Assembly: GCA_964500335.1 (NCBI GenBank)
Contig: CAZCOI010000060.1
Coordinates: 1-56,513, forward strand
From: an uncultured Nitratifractor sp.
GTDB lineage: Bacteria > Campylobacterota > Campylobacteria > Campylobacterales > Sulfurovaceae
Reading direction: 5' to 3'
Length of the DNA: 56,513 nt
Position 1 is the stretch's first letter. The number at the start of each line of letters is the position of its first letter. The notes beneath the pieces are model-generated. The model searched no databases, was not told where the DNA came from, and saw only the letters and a program-made list of their open reading frames with translations. The translations under genes and the position numbers were made by a program. This document shows, one piece after another, positions 29,676-38,000 of the stretch.

Positions 29676-31009
29676 TGAATAGTAATAATATGACACCAAA
29701 AGAGATAGTTGAATATTTAGATAAATATATTATAGGGCAAGATAATGCAAAAAGAGTAATTGCAATTGCTTTGCGTAATCGCTGGAGAAGAATGCAATTA
29801 GATCCAGCAATGGCACAAGAGGTAACACCTAAGAATATATTAATGATTGGTAGTACAGGTGTAGGTAAAACGGAGACTGCAAGACGCTTAGCTAAAATGA
29901 TGAGATTGCCTTTTATTAAAGTAGAAGCTAGTAAATATACTGAAGTTGGATTTGTTGGTAGAGATGTAGAGTCTATGGTAAGAGATTTGGCTATTGAAGC
30001 ATATGCTTTAGCTAAAAAAGAGGCGGCAGAGGCGAATAAAGAGAAGATAGAGGCGTATGTTGAGAATAAAATTATAGAAAAATTGCTTCCTCCTTTGCCA
30101 CAAGGTGCGAGCGAGGAGAAGTTAGAGGCATACGATAGAGCATTTGCAAAAAAACAAGAGCAGTTGGCAAATGGCGAGTTAGATGAGTTAAAAATAGAGA
30201 TAGAAGTAAGTGCTAGAGCTATTGATGTATCAAGTGTTGGTAATGTTCCTCCAGAGATGGCAGAGGTGCAAGAGTCTATTATTCAAGTGATTGGAGGAAT
30301 GAATAAAAAAAGAAAAAAGAGAGTTAGCGTAAAAGAGGCTAAAAAACTTTTAGAAATAGAGGCTCAAAGAGAGCTTTTTAATGAAGAAGAGCTTAAGCAA
30401 ATAGCCCTTGAGAAGGCTCAAAGTGGTGGAATAATTTTTATAGATGAGATAGATAAAGTTGCAGTATCAAGTAATTCTGCTTCTCGACAAGACCCAAGTA
30501 AAGAGGGTGTACAAAGAGATTTATTGCCAATTGTTGAAGGTTCAAGCGTAAAGACAAAAATAGGGCAGTTAGATACAGACCATATTTTATTTATTGCCGC
30601 TGGAGCGTTTCATTTAAGTAAACCAAGCGATTTAATACCAGAGCTTCAAGGAAGATTTCCTTTAAGAGTTGAACTTGATTCTTTAACAGAAGAGACTTTA
30701 TATAAAATTTTAACAGAGCCTGAGAATTCGTTAGTAAAACAGTATATTGCGCTTTTAAAGGTAGAGGGTGTTGAGCTTAAATTTAGTGAAGAGGCTCTAA
30801 GAGCAATAGCTAAGTATAGTGCGATTGCTAATGAAAAGACAGAAGATATTGGTGCTAGAAGGCTACATACTGTTATGGAAAAACTTTTAGAAGATATAAG
30901 TTTTGAAGCTGATAGTTTAAGTGGAGAGGTAGAGATTACTAAAGATATGGTAGATGAAAAATTAGGAGAGCTTGTAGAGAGTGAAGATACTACAAGGTAT
31001 ATTTTATAG
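29675..31009 (+). CDS. hslU: ATP-dependent protease ATPase subunit HslU
   Basis: MTPKEIVEYLDKYIIGQ, Walker A GSTGVGKTE, Walker B IIFIDEIDK, and the I-domain insertion. Start taken as GTG 29675 (GGAG 8 nt upstream, TAGTG overlap with hslV); ATG 29690 is the alternative. Confidence 0.94.
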   Translation: MNSNNMTPKEIVEYLDKYIIGQDNAKRVIAIALRNRWRRMQLDPAMAQEVTPKNILMIGSTGVGKTETARRLAKMMRLPFIKVEASKYTEVGFVGRDVESMVRDLAIEAYALAKKEAAEANKEKIEAYVENKIIEKLLPPLPQGASEEKLEAYDRAFAKKQEQLANGELDELKIEIEVSARAIDVSSVGNVPPEMAEVQESIIQVIGGMNKKRKKRVSVKEAKKLLEIEAQRELFNEEELKQIALEKAQSGGIIFIDEIDKVAVSSNSASRQDPSKEGVQRDLLPIVEGSSVKTKIGQLDTDHILFIAAGAFHLSKPSDLIPELQGRFPLRVELDSLTEETLYKILTEPENSLVKQYIALLKVEGVELKFSEEALRAIAKYSAIANEKTEDIGARRLHTVMEKLLEDISFEADSLSGEVEITKDMVDEKLGELVESEDTTRYIL

Positions 31010-31136
31010 GGTTAAGAGTTAAGAGTTAAGGATTTAGTGGTAGTATATTGGTTATTGGTTTTTAGAAAAGGGAGAAGGTAGAAGGGTTCAGGGTTCAGAG
31101 TTAAGGATTGAGGATTTAGGATTAAAGTTGGATAAT
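31009..31136. repeat. Array B: about 18 degenerate tandem heptads (GTTAAGA, TATTGGT, GAAGGGT, TNAGGAT...)
   Basis: Read directly. The 7-nt register starts at the hslU stop and ends 10 nt before the era start. There are only two C residues in ~125 nt on the + strand. Confidence 0.85.
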
Positions 31137-31146
31137 AAAAAAAAGG

Positions 31147-32046
31147 ATGAAATTGGATAATATTCAAAAGTGTGGATTTGTTGCTGTTGTTGGTAGGCCA
31201 AATGCAGGTAAAAGTACGCTATTAAACTATTTGGCAGAGTATAAATTAGCAATGGTTTCTAAAAAGGCACAAGCAACTAGAAAAAGAATGAATATAATAG
31301 TAATGCATAAAAATGCACAAATTATTTTTGTAGATACTCCAGGTATTCATAAAAAAGAGAAACTATTAAATCAATTTATGCTAGAAGAGGCTCTAAAAGC
31401 ATTAGGAGATAGTGATTTAGATATCTTTTTAGCTCCTGTTAATGACAGTATTAAATATTATGAAGATTTTTTAGAATTAAGAAAAGATAAAAATACCCCA
31501 CATATTGTATTATTAACAAAAGTTGATAGAGTAGATAATAAAAAGGTTTTAGATAAGCTAAGTGAGTATAATAGATTTTCAGATAAGTTTAAAGCTATTA
31601 TTCCATTTTCTGTAAAAAGAGGCGGTGTTACAAGAGATATGCTTTTAGATGAAATAGTTAAATATTTACCAGAACATCCTTGGCTTTATGATAGTGAGCT
31701 TTTAACAACACAAAATATTAGGGATATATATAAAGAGTTAATTAGAGAGGCAATTTTTGAAAAATTGAGTGATGAGATACCATATGAGAGTGATGTAGTA
31801 ATAGAAAAGATTCAAGAGAGTGATAATTTAGATGTAGTTACAGCTTCTATTATTGTAGAAAAAGATACCCAAAAAAGAATGATTATAGGCAAAGGTGCAC
31901 AAAGTATTAAGAGGGTTGGTAAATATGCTAGAGAGCAATTAGAAGAGTTTTCAGGCAAAAAGATTTATTTAGATTTAAATGTTACAGTTAAGAAAGGTTG
32001 GAGTAAAAATAAGAGCTTTTTAGAGGACTTAGGGTATATTTTTTGA
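31147..32046 (+). CDS. era: GTPase Era
   Basis: G1 GRPNAGKST, G3 DTPG, G4 TKVD, and a C-terminal KH domain (IIGKGAQSIK). Confidence 0.94.
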   Translation: MKLDNIQKCGFVAVVGRPNAGKSTLLNYLAEYKLAMVSKKAQATRKRMNIIVMHKNAQIIFVDTPGIHKKEKLLNQFMLEEALKALGDSDLDIFLAPVNDSIKYYEDFLELRKDKNTPHIVLLTKVDRVDNKKVLDKLSEYNRFSDKFKAIIPFSVKRGGVTRDMLLDEIVKYLPEHPWLYDSELLTTQNIRDIYKELIREAIFEKLSDEIPYESDVVIEKIQESDNLDVVTASIIVEKDTQKRMIIGKGAQSIKRVGKYAREQLEEFSGKKIYLDLNVTVKKGWSKNKSFLEDLGYIF

Positions 32047-32146
32047 CATTTACACTCCTAAAATCGATTACTTAAACTTCATTTAAGTATTTTTTAATAT
32101 TAAAACATATATAATTGGTTTAATATTAATATATTTAGGATTTGCC

Positions 32147-33676
32147 GTGAAGAGAAGAGCTGTACCAACAATTATTGCTGTAGATAATTATAACAGTACA
32201 ATTAGTAAGTTTGATGGTGGTAAATTTAGTAGAGTCTCTAAACTAAAAAGAGCTAAAAATGATGTTGTAATATCTTATATTGCCAATAGAGATTTAATTA
32301 TTGAGCAAATTGAATTAAGTGCGAATTTACCTCAAGAGCATATTAAAGATATTATCACAGATAAAGCTTATGAAGAGTTAAGATTAGATCCAGCAATTGA
32401 GTATGAGGTATATCCTGTAAAAACTGCTATTAAGAGTGATATGGTTAAATACCAAGCAATTATTGCTGATGTTAATAGTATTAAAAAAAGCTTTTTAAAT
32501 TTAGCAAAAAAAGTTAGATATATTGATTATTTAATTCCAGCTCCTTTACTTTATAAATCTTTATATAAAGAGAGATATTTAGATGATAGTTCAACCGATA
32601 TGTTTGTATATTTTGGGGATTATGACTCTTTTATTACCTTTTATCATAAAGGTGAATTTTTATACTCAAAATCTATAAATTACTCTCTTAGTCAAATTTA
32701 TGATAAATTTTGTCAATTAGCTCAAGAGGTTCCTTTAACAAAAGAGCAATTTAGAGATATGTTAGCTACATATGGATTAAAAGCTGATAATAAAACTCAC
32801 AGAGAGCTTTTAATTAAAGTATTTAATGAGTGTTTTTTAATAATAAATGATATTATGATTTATCTAAAAAGAAGTTATGATATAAATAAAATTAAAAAAG
32901 CTTTTGTAGGATTTAGTTGGGGTTATACAGATGGTATTGAGGTATTTTTTAAAAATTACCTTAATATGAGTTCTAAACCAATAACAACTGCATATAGCAA
33001 AGATGATCCAAGAGTTGCTATAGATCCTATTCATTCTCTTATGAGACTTAGTGCTACAGATTTAGAAAAAGAGGCATTAGAGTTACCAAATTTAACACCT
33101 TTTCCTAAGCCTAAGCCATTTTTACAAAGACCTGCTGGTAAAATAATATTAACATTTATTGGTATCTCTTTATTAGGTTTGGTACCATCAGCATATGAAT
33201 ATGTTATAGGAGCTTCATATAATGGTAAAAATTTAATACTTAAGAAGAAAGAGAGAAGATTAACTTCAGAGGCAAATAGATATAAAAAATTACTAGCTAA
33301 AAAAGATGAAGAGATTAAATCTTTAGATAAAGCAATAGATGCAATTAGTAAAGAGTATAATCAGCGTAAAGGCGAAATGACAAAAGTTTATAATAAGAAG
33401 TTTAACTACTCTTTAAGGTCTGAACAATTAACTTTACTTACAGATATATTGAAAAAATATGAGATATTAAGTAGCAATATATCAATTGTTAATGATGAGT
33501 ATTTTGTAAGTGTAGAGTCAGAGAGCGAGAAGAAGATAACTACATTTGTTAAAGAGGTGGTTAAAGATTTTAATAAAAATATTGAGAGTATTAATATTGA
33601 AGAGATTAGTTTTGATAAAGATGAAAAAATATATAAAGGTGTTTTAAAAGTTAAATTTAAAAAGGGTCAAAAATGA
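32147..33676 (+). CDS. PilM-like actin-fold domain fused to a PilN-like TM/coiled-coil region (MshI-like)
   Basis: The N-terminal half resembles PilM (VYFGDYDSFITFYHKGEFLYSKSINYSL). One TM segment (ILTFIGISLLGLVP) is followed by a Lys/Glu coiled coil. First gene of a cluster with MSHA order. GTG start. Confidence 0.6.
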   Translation: MKRRAVPTIIAVDNYNSTISKFDGGKFSRVSKLKRAKNDVVISYIANRDLIIEQIELSANLPQEHIKDIITDKAYEELRLDPAIEYEVYPVKTAIKSDMVKYQAIIADVNSIKKSFLNLAKKVRYIDYLIPAPLLYKSLYKERYLDDSSTDMFVYFGDYDSFITFYHKGEFLYSKSINYSLSQIYDKFCQLAQEVPLTKEQFRDMLATYGLKADNKTHRELLIKVFNECFLIINDIMIYLKRSYDINKIKKAFVGFSWGYTDGIEVFFKNYLNMSSKPITTAYSKDDPRVAIDPIHSLMRLSATDLEKEALELPNLTPFPKPKPFLQRPAGKIILTFIGISLLGLVPSAYEYVIGASYNGKNLILKKKERRLTSEANRYKKLLAKKDEEIKSLDKAIDAISKEYNQRKGEMTKVYNKKFNYSLRSEQLTLLTDILKKYEILSSNISIVNDEYFVSVESESEKKITTFVKEVVKDFNKNIESINIEEISFDKDEKIYKGVLKVKFKKGQK

Positions 33677-34308
33677 GTACTTTAGATAGCTTAGATAACT
33701 ATTATAATGGTAGAAAATCATCAGAAGCATGGATGATGGTTGTTTTATTTTCTGCTCTTGTTGCTTATTTGTTGCATACTGTTATATATCCTAGTGCACA
33801 AGATTATAAAAAGCAACAGGTAAGAGAAAATAAAAAGCTTAATAAAAATATTGCTTCAGCTCAAAGATATTTAAGAAGTATTACAGTAAATGGAGATAAA
33901 GATTATAAAGTAAAGCAAAAAGATAAAATTATTGTTCAAAAGAAGATGCAATTAAATAATTTAAGAGAGAAATTAACAAAAATAAAAGGTGCTGTAAATA
34001 AGCTTAGTACAATTGTTTATAATAAGGATAACTGGTCAAAATTTTTAGATAATATTGCTTTACAAGCGAAAAATAATGAGCTTAAAGTATTTAATATTTC
34101 AAATACACAATATGACCAAAATGGAACTTTTGGGAAAGTTTTTGATGTACAGATTAAGTGTCAAGGTAAATATAGTAAAATATTAGCTTTTATGAATGAT
34201 TTAGAGACAACAGATTTAGTTACAAATATCTCTAGTGCTAATATCAAGGTTGCTCCTAATAATCCTATAGCAGATATAAATTTAAGTGTCTGGGGGATTA
34301 GACCATGA
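33673..34308 (+). CDS. PilO/MshJ-like pilus assembly protein
   Basis: Single N-terminal TM (AWMMVVLFSALVAYLL), a coiled coil, then an alpha/beta C-domain. 4-nt overlap with the upstream gene. Call based on position and architecture. Confidence 0.55.
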   Translation: MSTLDSLDNYYNGRKSSEAWMMVVLFSALVAYLLHTVIYPSAQDYKKQQVRENKKLNKNIASAQRYLRSITVNGDKDYKVKQKDKIIVQKKMQLNNLREKLTKIKGAVNKLSTIVYNKDNWSKFLDNIALQAKNNELKVFNISNTQYDQNGTFGKVFDVQIKCQGKYSKILAFMNDLETTDLVTNISSANIKVAPNNPIADINLSVWGIRP

Positions 34309-34721
34309 AAAAGATATCAATATTAGTAACTTTAATTTTAATATCTACTTTGCTTAATGGAGATGAGATTGATGATATAATCAATAAAATCAATTCTAAA
34401 AGAAGTAGTAAAATTTCTAAAGAGAAAATTTTATCAACTCCATCTCCAATGCCAAAAGTGGAGATAGTTGATAGCAATATTACAAAAGATGAGAATGGAA
34501 CAATTATTGTTAAAAAACCTCAAGATGAGTTTAACCTAACAGGTATTATAAATAATAAAGCCCATATTAATGGTCAGTGGGTTAAGGTAGGAGATAAGGT
34601 TGGAGGTTACAAAGTAGTTGATATTATGGATGATTCAGTCTATTTAAAAGATGGCAACAAGAGTAAAACAATCTTTTTTAGTAATAAAGATAATAAAATT
34701 AAAATAACAATAGGTAGGTAA
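34305..34721 (+). CDS. PilP/MshK-like periplasmic protein
   Basis: Signal peptide. The C-terminal beta-rich segment GIINNKAHINGQWVKVGDKVGGYKVVDIMDDSVYLKDG resembles the PilP/GspC HR-type domain. Lies immediately upstream of the secretin. Confidence 0.5.
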   Translation: MKKISILVTLILISTLLNGDEIDDIINKINSKRSSKISKEKILSTPSPMPKVEIVDSNITKDENGTIIVKKPQDEFNLTGIINNKAHINGQWVKVGDKVGGYKVVDIMDDSVYLKDGNKSKTIFFSNKDNKIKITIGR

Positions 34722-34724
34722 AAA

Positions 34725-36248
34725 ATGAAAAAGTCAATAGTTTCAATTGTATTATCGGGTTTATTGGCAACTGTAAGTTTAAATGCTAATAGCTGTGTAA
34801 ATGAGCATTTTTCAGTTACAATAAAAAAAGAGTTATCTATTGGCGATGCTGTAGATAATTTGGCTGAAACTTGTGGTTTTAGTGTTATTGTTAAAGATTC
34901 AGTTGCACAGGAGAGGCTAAAGAAAAAACTCTATTATATTAGATTAAAAGATGCTTCATTAAGAGAGTTTTTAAATACAATACTTACAGATAATGATTTA
35001 AATTATAAATTAAAAAGAGATAAACTAGAGATTAGCTATTTAACTACAAAAACTTTTAAAGTTCACTATATTGCTAGTGCAAGAAGTGGTAGTTCAAATG
35101 CAAATATTAATATTGCAAATGCTGGTAAAGCTAGTAAAGGAAGCACAGCAAAAAGTGGTATGTCAATAACAAGTGATGATAAGTTTGATTTTTGGAATAA
35201 ATTAAAAGATGAAGTACATAGAATTTTAGTAACCTCTGGTGATGGAAGTATGCATTTTACTAAAAAAGGTGATGCTTGGGTAGATGCTAGTGGACATCAA
35301 TGGAGTTATAATCCAACAGAGCCTATAATTGACCCAGAAGCAGGTTTGATAACAGTTACTGGTACTCCAAAGCAGATTAGAAGAGTATCTAAATATATCT
35401 CTTCTTTAGCAAGTCAAGTAAAAACTCAAGTTTTAATAGATGTTAAGATTCTTTCTGTTACACTAAATAATGATAATTTAACAGGAATTGATTGGTCTCA
35501 GCTATATGGTTTACAAAACTTTACAATTAGTACGCTTTTAATGGGACAAAAGAATGTGTCTAAGATGGAGATTCAAGATGGAAAGATTACAAAAGCTGAG
35601 TTTGCTCCAGGAACAAGACCTAGTAATGCAAAAGCTATACATGTAACTGGTGGTGGTACAATTAATGATGTAATTAGATTTTTAAGAACTCAAGGAACTG
35701 TTAAGACAGTTTCAAATCCTAAGATTATGACACTTAATAATCAGCCAGCATTAATAAGTGTAGGTAAAGAGCTATTTTATAAAACTACATCTAGCACAAC
35801 AAGCAATACTAGTAATGGTACAACTTCAACAAGTGAGACAATAGATTCTGTATTTGCTGGCATTTTGTTAGATATTACACCTGAAATTGATAAACGCGGT
35901 ATGATTACATTAAAGATTAATCCATCTATTACAGAAACAGATGGACCAATTGGACAGAGCGGAGCTAGAACTATGCCACCAGATTTAATTAGAAGACAAA
36001 TTTCTACAGTTATAAAAGTTAGAAATGGTAAACATGCTATATTAGGTGGTCTAATTTCTACATCTGAGGGTATTACAAAATCTAAAGTTCCTCTTTTAGG
36101 AGATATTCCATTAGTTGGAGAAGCTTTTAAAAGAGAAAGAAAAATTAAGAAGACTGAAGAATTAGTTGTTATAATAACACCAAAAATTACTAACGGAAGA
36201 GGTAATTTATCTCTAAAAAGTTTAGGATATAGGAGTATTGTAAAGTGA
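34725..36248 (+). CDS. Secretin (GspD/PilQ/MshL family; CtsD-like)
   Basis: Signal peptide and N-terminal STN/N0-like region. C-terminal secretin domain includes VSNPKIMTLNNQPALISVG, GILLDITPEI and SKVPLLGDIPLVGEAFK. Confidence 0.9.
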   Translation: MKKSIVSIVLSGLLATVSLNANSCVNEHFSVTIKKELSIGDAVDNLAETCGFSVIVKDSVAQERLKKKLYYIRLKDASLREFLNTILTDNDLNYKLKRDKLEISYLTTKTFKVHYIASARSGSSNANINIANAGKASKGSTAKSGMSITSDDKFDFWNKLKDEVHRILVTSGDGSMHFTKKGDAWVDASGHQWSYNPTEPIIDPEAGLITVTGTPKQIRRVSKYISSLASQVKTQVLIDVKILSVTLNNDNLTGIDWSQLYGLQNFTISTLLMGQKNVSKMEIQDGKITKAEFAPGTRPSNAKAIHVTGGGTINDVIRFLRTQGTVKTVSNPKIMTLNNQPALISVGKELFYKTTSSTTSNTSNGTTSTSETIDSVFAGILLDITPEIDKRGMITLKINPSITETDGPIGQSGARTMPPDLIRRQISTVIKVRNGKHAILGGLISTSEGITKSKVPLLGDIPLVGEAFKRERKIKKTEELVVIITPKITNGRGNLSLKSLGYRSIVK

Positions 36249-37054
36249 GTTATTACGACATTGCAAAAGAGTGCTTTGTAGATGAGGTAAATATAGATAA
36301 CTATATTGAATTGCCAAGTTCAGTTGTGGCTTATGAGGAGCTAGAACTTGCATTTGAGAAGCCTTTTAAATTAATGCTTTTATATGGAGAACCAGGTACG
36401 GGGAAAAGTCTTTTGCTAAGTCGTATATATGATAAAAAGAAGTATCAAAAAGAGATTCATTATATTGATACTCCTATGCTTGATGAAGAGGAGTTCTTTA
36501 GAAAACTATTTGATATTTTAATACAAAAGCCTATGCCTAAAGGAACAAAGGTAGATTTTAATACTTTTGTAGAGTATTGCAAGGTAATAAGGGGTCAAAG
36601 AGAGATAATTATTCTTTTAGATGAGGCTCAGTTATATCCAAAAAAAATACTTGAGCAAATTAGAATTCTTTCAGATACAGGAGTTTTAAGGTTTGTAATT
36701 GCAGTTCATAAAACAACTGATGAGGATGTAATTGCAAAATCTCATTTTCAAACTAGAATTTGGGGTTCTATTGAGTTAAAAAATGCTACAAAAGATGAAC
36801 TAAAGACATATATTCATCAAAGGTTATTAAAATTAAATCAATTTGAGATTGCAAATCAGATAAAACAAAAAAATATAGATTTCATTTATAAAGTTACAGA
36901 GGGAAATTTTAGAGCTTGCAGTAAGTTAATGTACACAACTTTTGAGATATATCAATATTATGAGAAAAATGACCCATCACAATTTAGTAAAGATAAATTT
37001 TCTCAAAAGTTTTTAGAGATGGCGGCAATTGCTATAGGAGCTATAAATGTATGA
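36245..37054 (+). CDS. ExeA/MshM-like AAA ATPase (CtsP-like)
   Basis: Walker A GEPGTGKS and Walker B IILLDEAQ. 269 aa, directly after the secretin. Confidence 0.8.
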   Translation: MSYYDIAKECFVDEVNIDNYIELPSSVVAYEELELAFEKPFKLMLLYGEPGTGKSLLLSRIYDKKKYQKEIHYIDTPMLDEEEFFRKLFDILIQKPMPKGTKVDFNTFVEYCKVIRGQREIIILLDEAQLYPKKILEQIRILSDTGVLRFVIAVHKTTDEDVIAKSHFQTRIWGSIELKNATKDELKTYIHQRLLKLNQFEIANQIKQKNIDFIYKVTEGNFRACSKLMYTTFEIYQYYEKNDPSQFSKDKFSQKFLEMAAIAIGAINV

Positions 37055-37808
37055 TATTCCAGAACTTGAACGCAAATGGAAAAAGTATAAAAGAAATCAG
37101 ATAAAAAAACCTTTAATTATTGGTGTAACATCTTTGCTATTGATTGTTGGTGCTGGTGTAATTGCAACTACATATTATAAAAAAAGCTCTAAAGCAAGTA
37201 ATAATGTAGTAAAAGATACTCAGCAAAAAAGTGAAGTAGTTAATACAAATAAAACAGCTGTAGCTGTAAATAATTCGCCTGCAATTGTAATTAAAAAGAG
37301 TGGAAGTAATTCAAATAATGCTTTAATTAATGCTAAGCAAGAGAATAATGCAAATATAGATATTACTAAAGCTACTATAGTAAAACCAAATGTTCCAGAT
37401 GATGAGATTAGAGTAATTGGGTTTGATAATAAAGAGGATAAAAAAGCTATAGAAAAGAAATATGGCGATATTTTAATCCCTAAAAAGACTACAGAAGAGC
37501 TAAGAATTAGAGAAGAGATTAAAGATTTAGAAGAGAAATTTAGAGAAACGCAAGACCCACAAGATTCATTAGAGATAGCAAAATATTATTATAAAATTAA
37601 AGATTATAAGCAAGCAGAAAATTGGGCAGTAAATACCAATAATTTAGATGGTGATATTGAAGAGAGTTGGTTAATTTTTGCAAAAGCTAGAGCAAAACAG
37701 GGATTTAGAACAGATGCTATAAAAGTTTTACAAACTTTTTATGATGAAACAAACTCTCAAAAAGCAAAAGTATTACTCGATAAGTTAAGAAGAGGACTTC
37801 CATATTAG
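37047..37808 (+). CDS. Bitopic membrane protein with C-terminal TPR-like helices (MshN/CtsX-like)
   Basis: One TM (LIIGVTSLLLIVGAGVIA), a low-complexity periplasmic linker, and a C-terminal helical repeat (AKYYYKIKDYKQAENWA...). Call based on position. Confidence 0.5.
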   Translation: MYDIPELERKWKKYKRNQIKKPLIIGVTSLLLIVGAGVIATTYYKKSSKASNNVVKDTQQKSEVVNTNKTAVAVNNSPAIVIKKSGSNSNNALINAKQENNANIDITKATIVKPNVPDDEIRVIGFDNKEDKKAIEKKYGDILIPKKTTEELRIREEIKDLEEKFRETQDPQDSLEIAKYYYKIKDYKQAENWAVNTNNLDGDIEESWLIFAKARAKQGFRTDAIKVLQTFYDETNSQKAKVLLDKLRRGLPY

Positions 37809-38000
37809 AGTTTATACTTTTTAATATTTTGCTCCTTTCTTTTAATATTTAAATATTTTCTTTATATTTTTAAAAAAAAACTCCAATTTTATATTAATTT
37901 ATCCATTTTTTAGATACAATTTTATGACATATTTGCATATAAAAGGCTGATATTATGGATATTTTGATAAGATTGTAAATGTAAAAATTATGGAGTAAAT

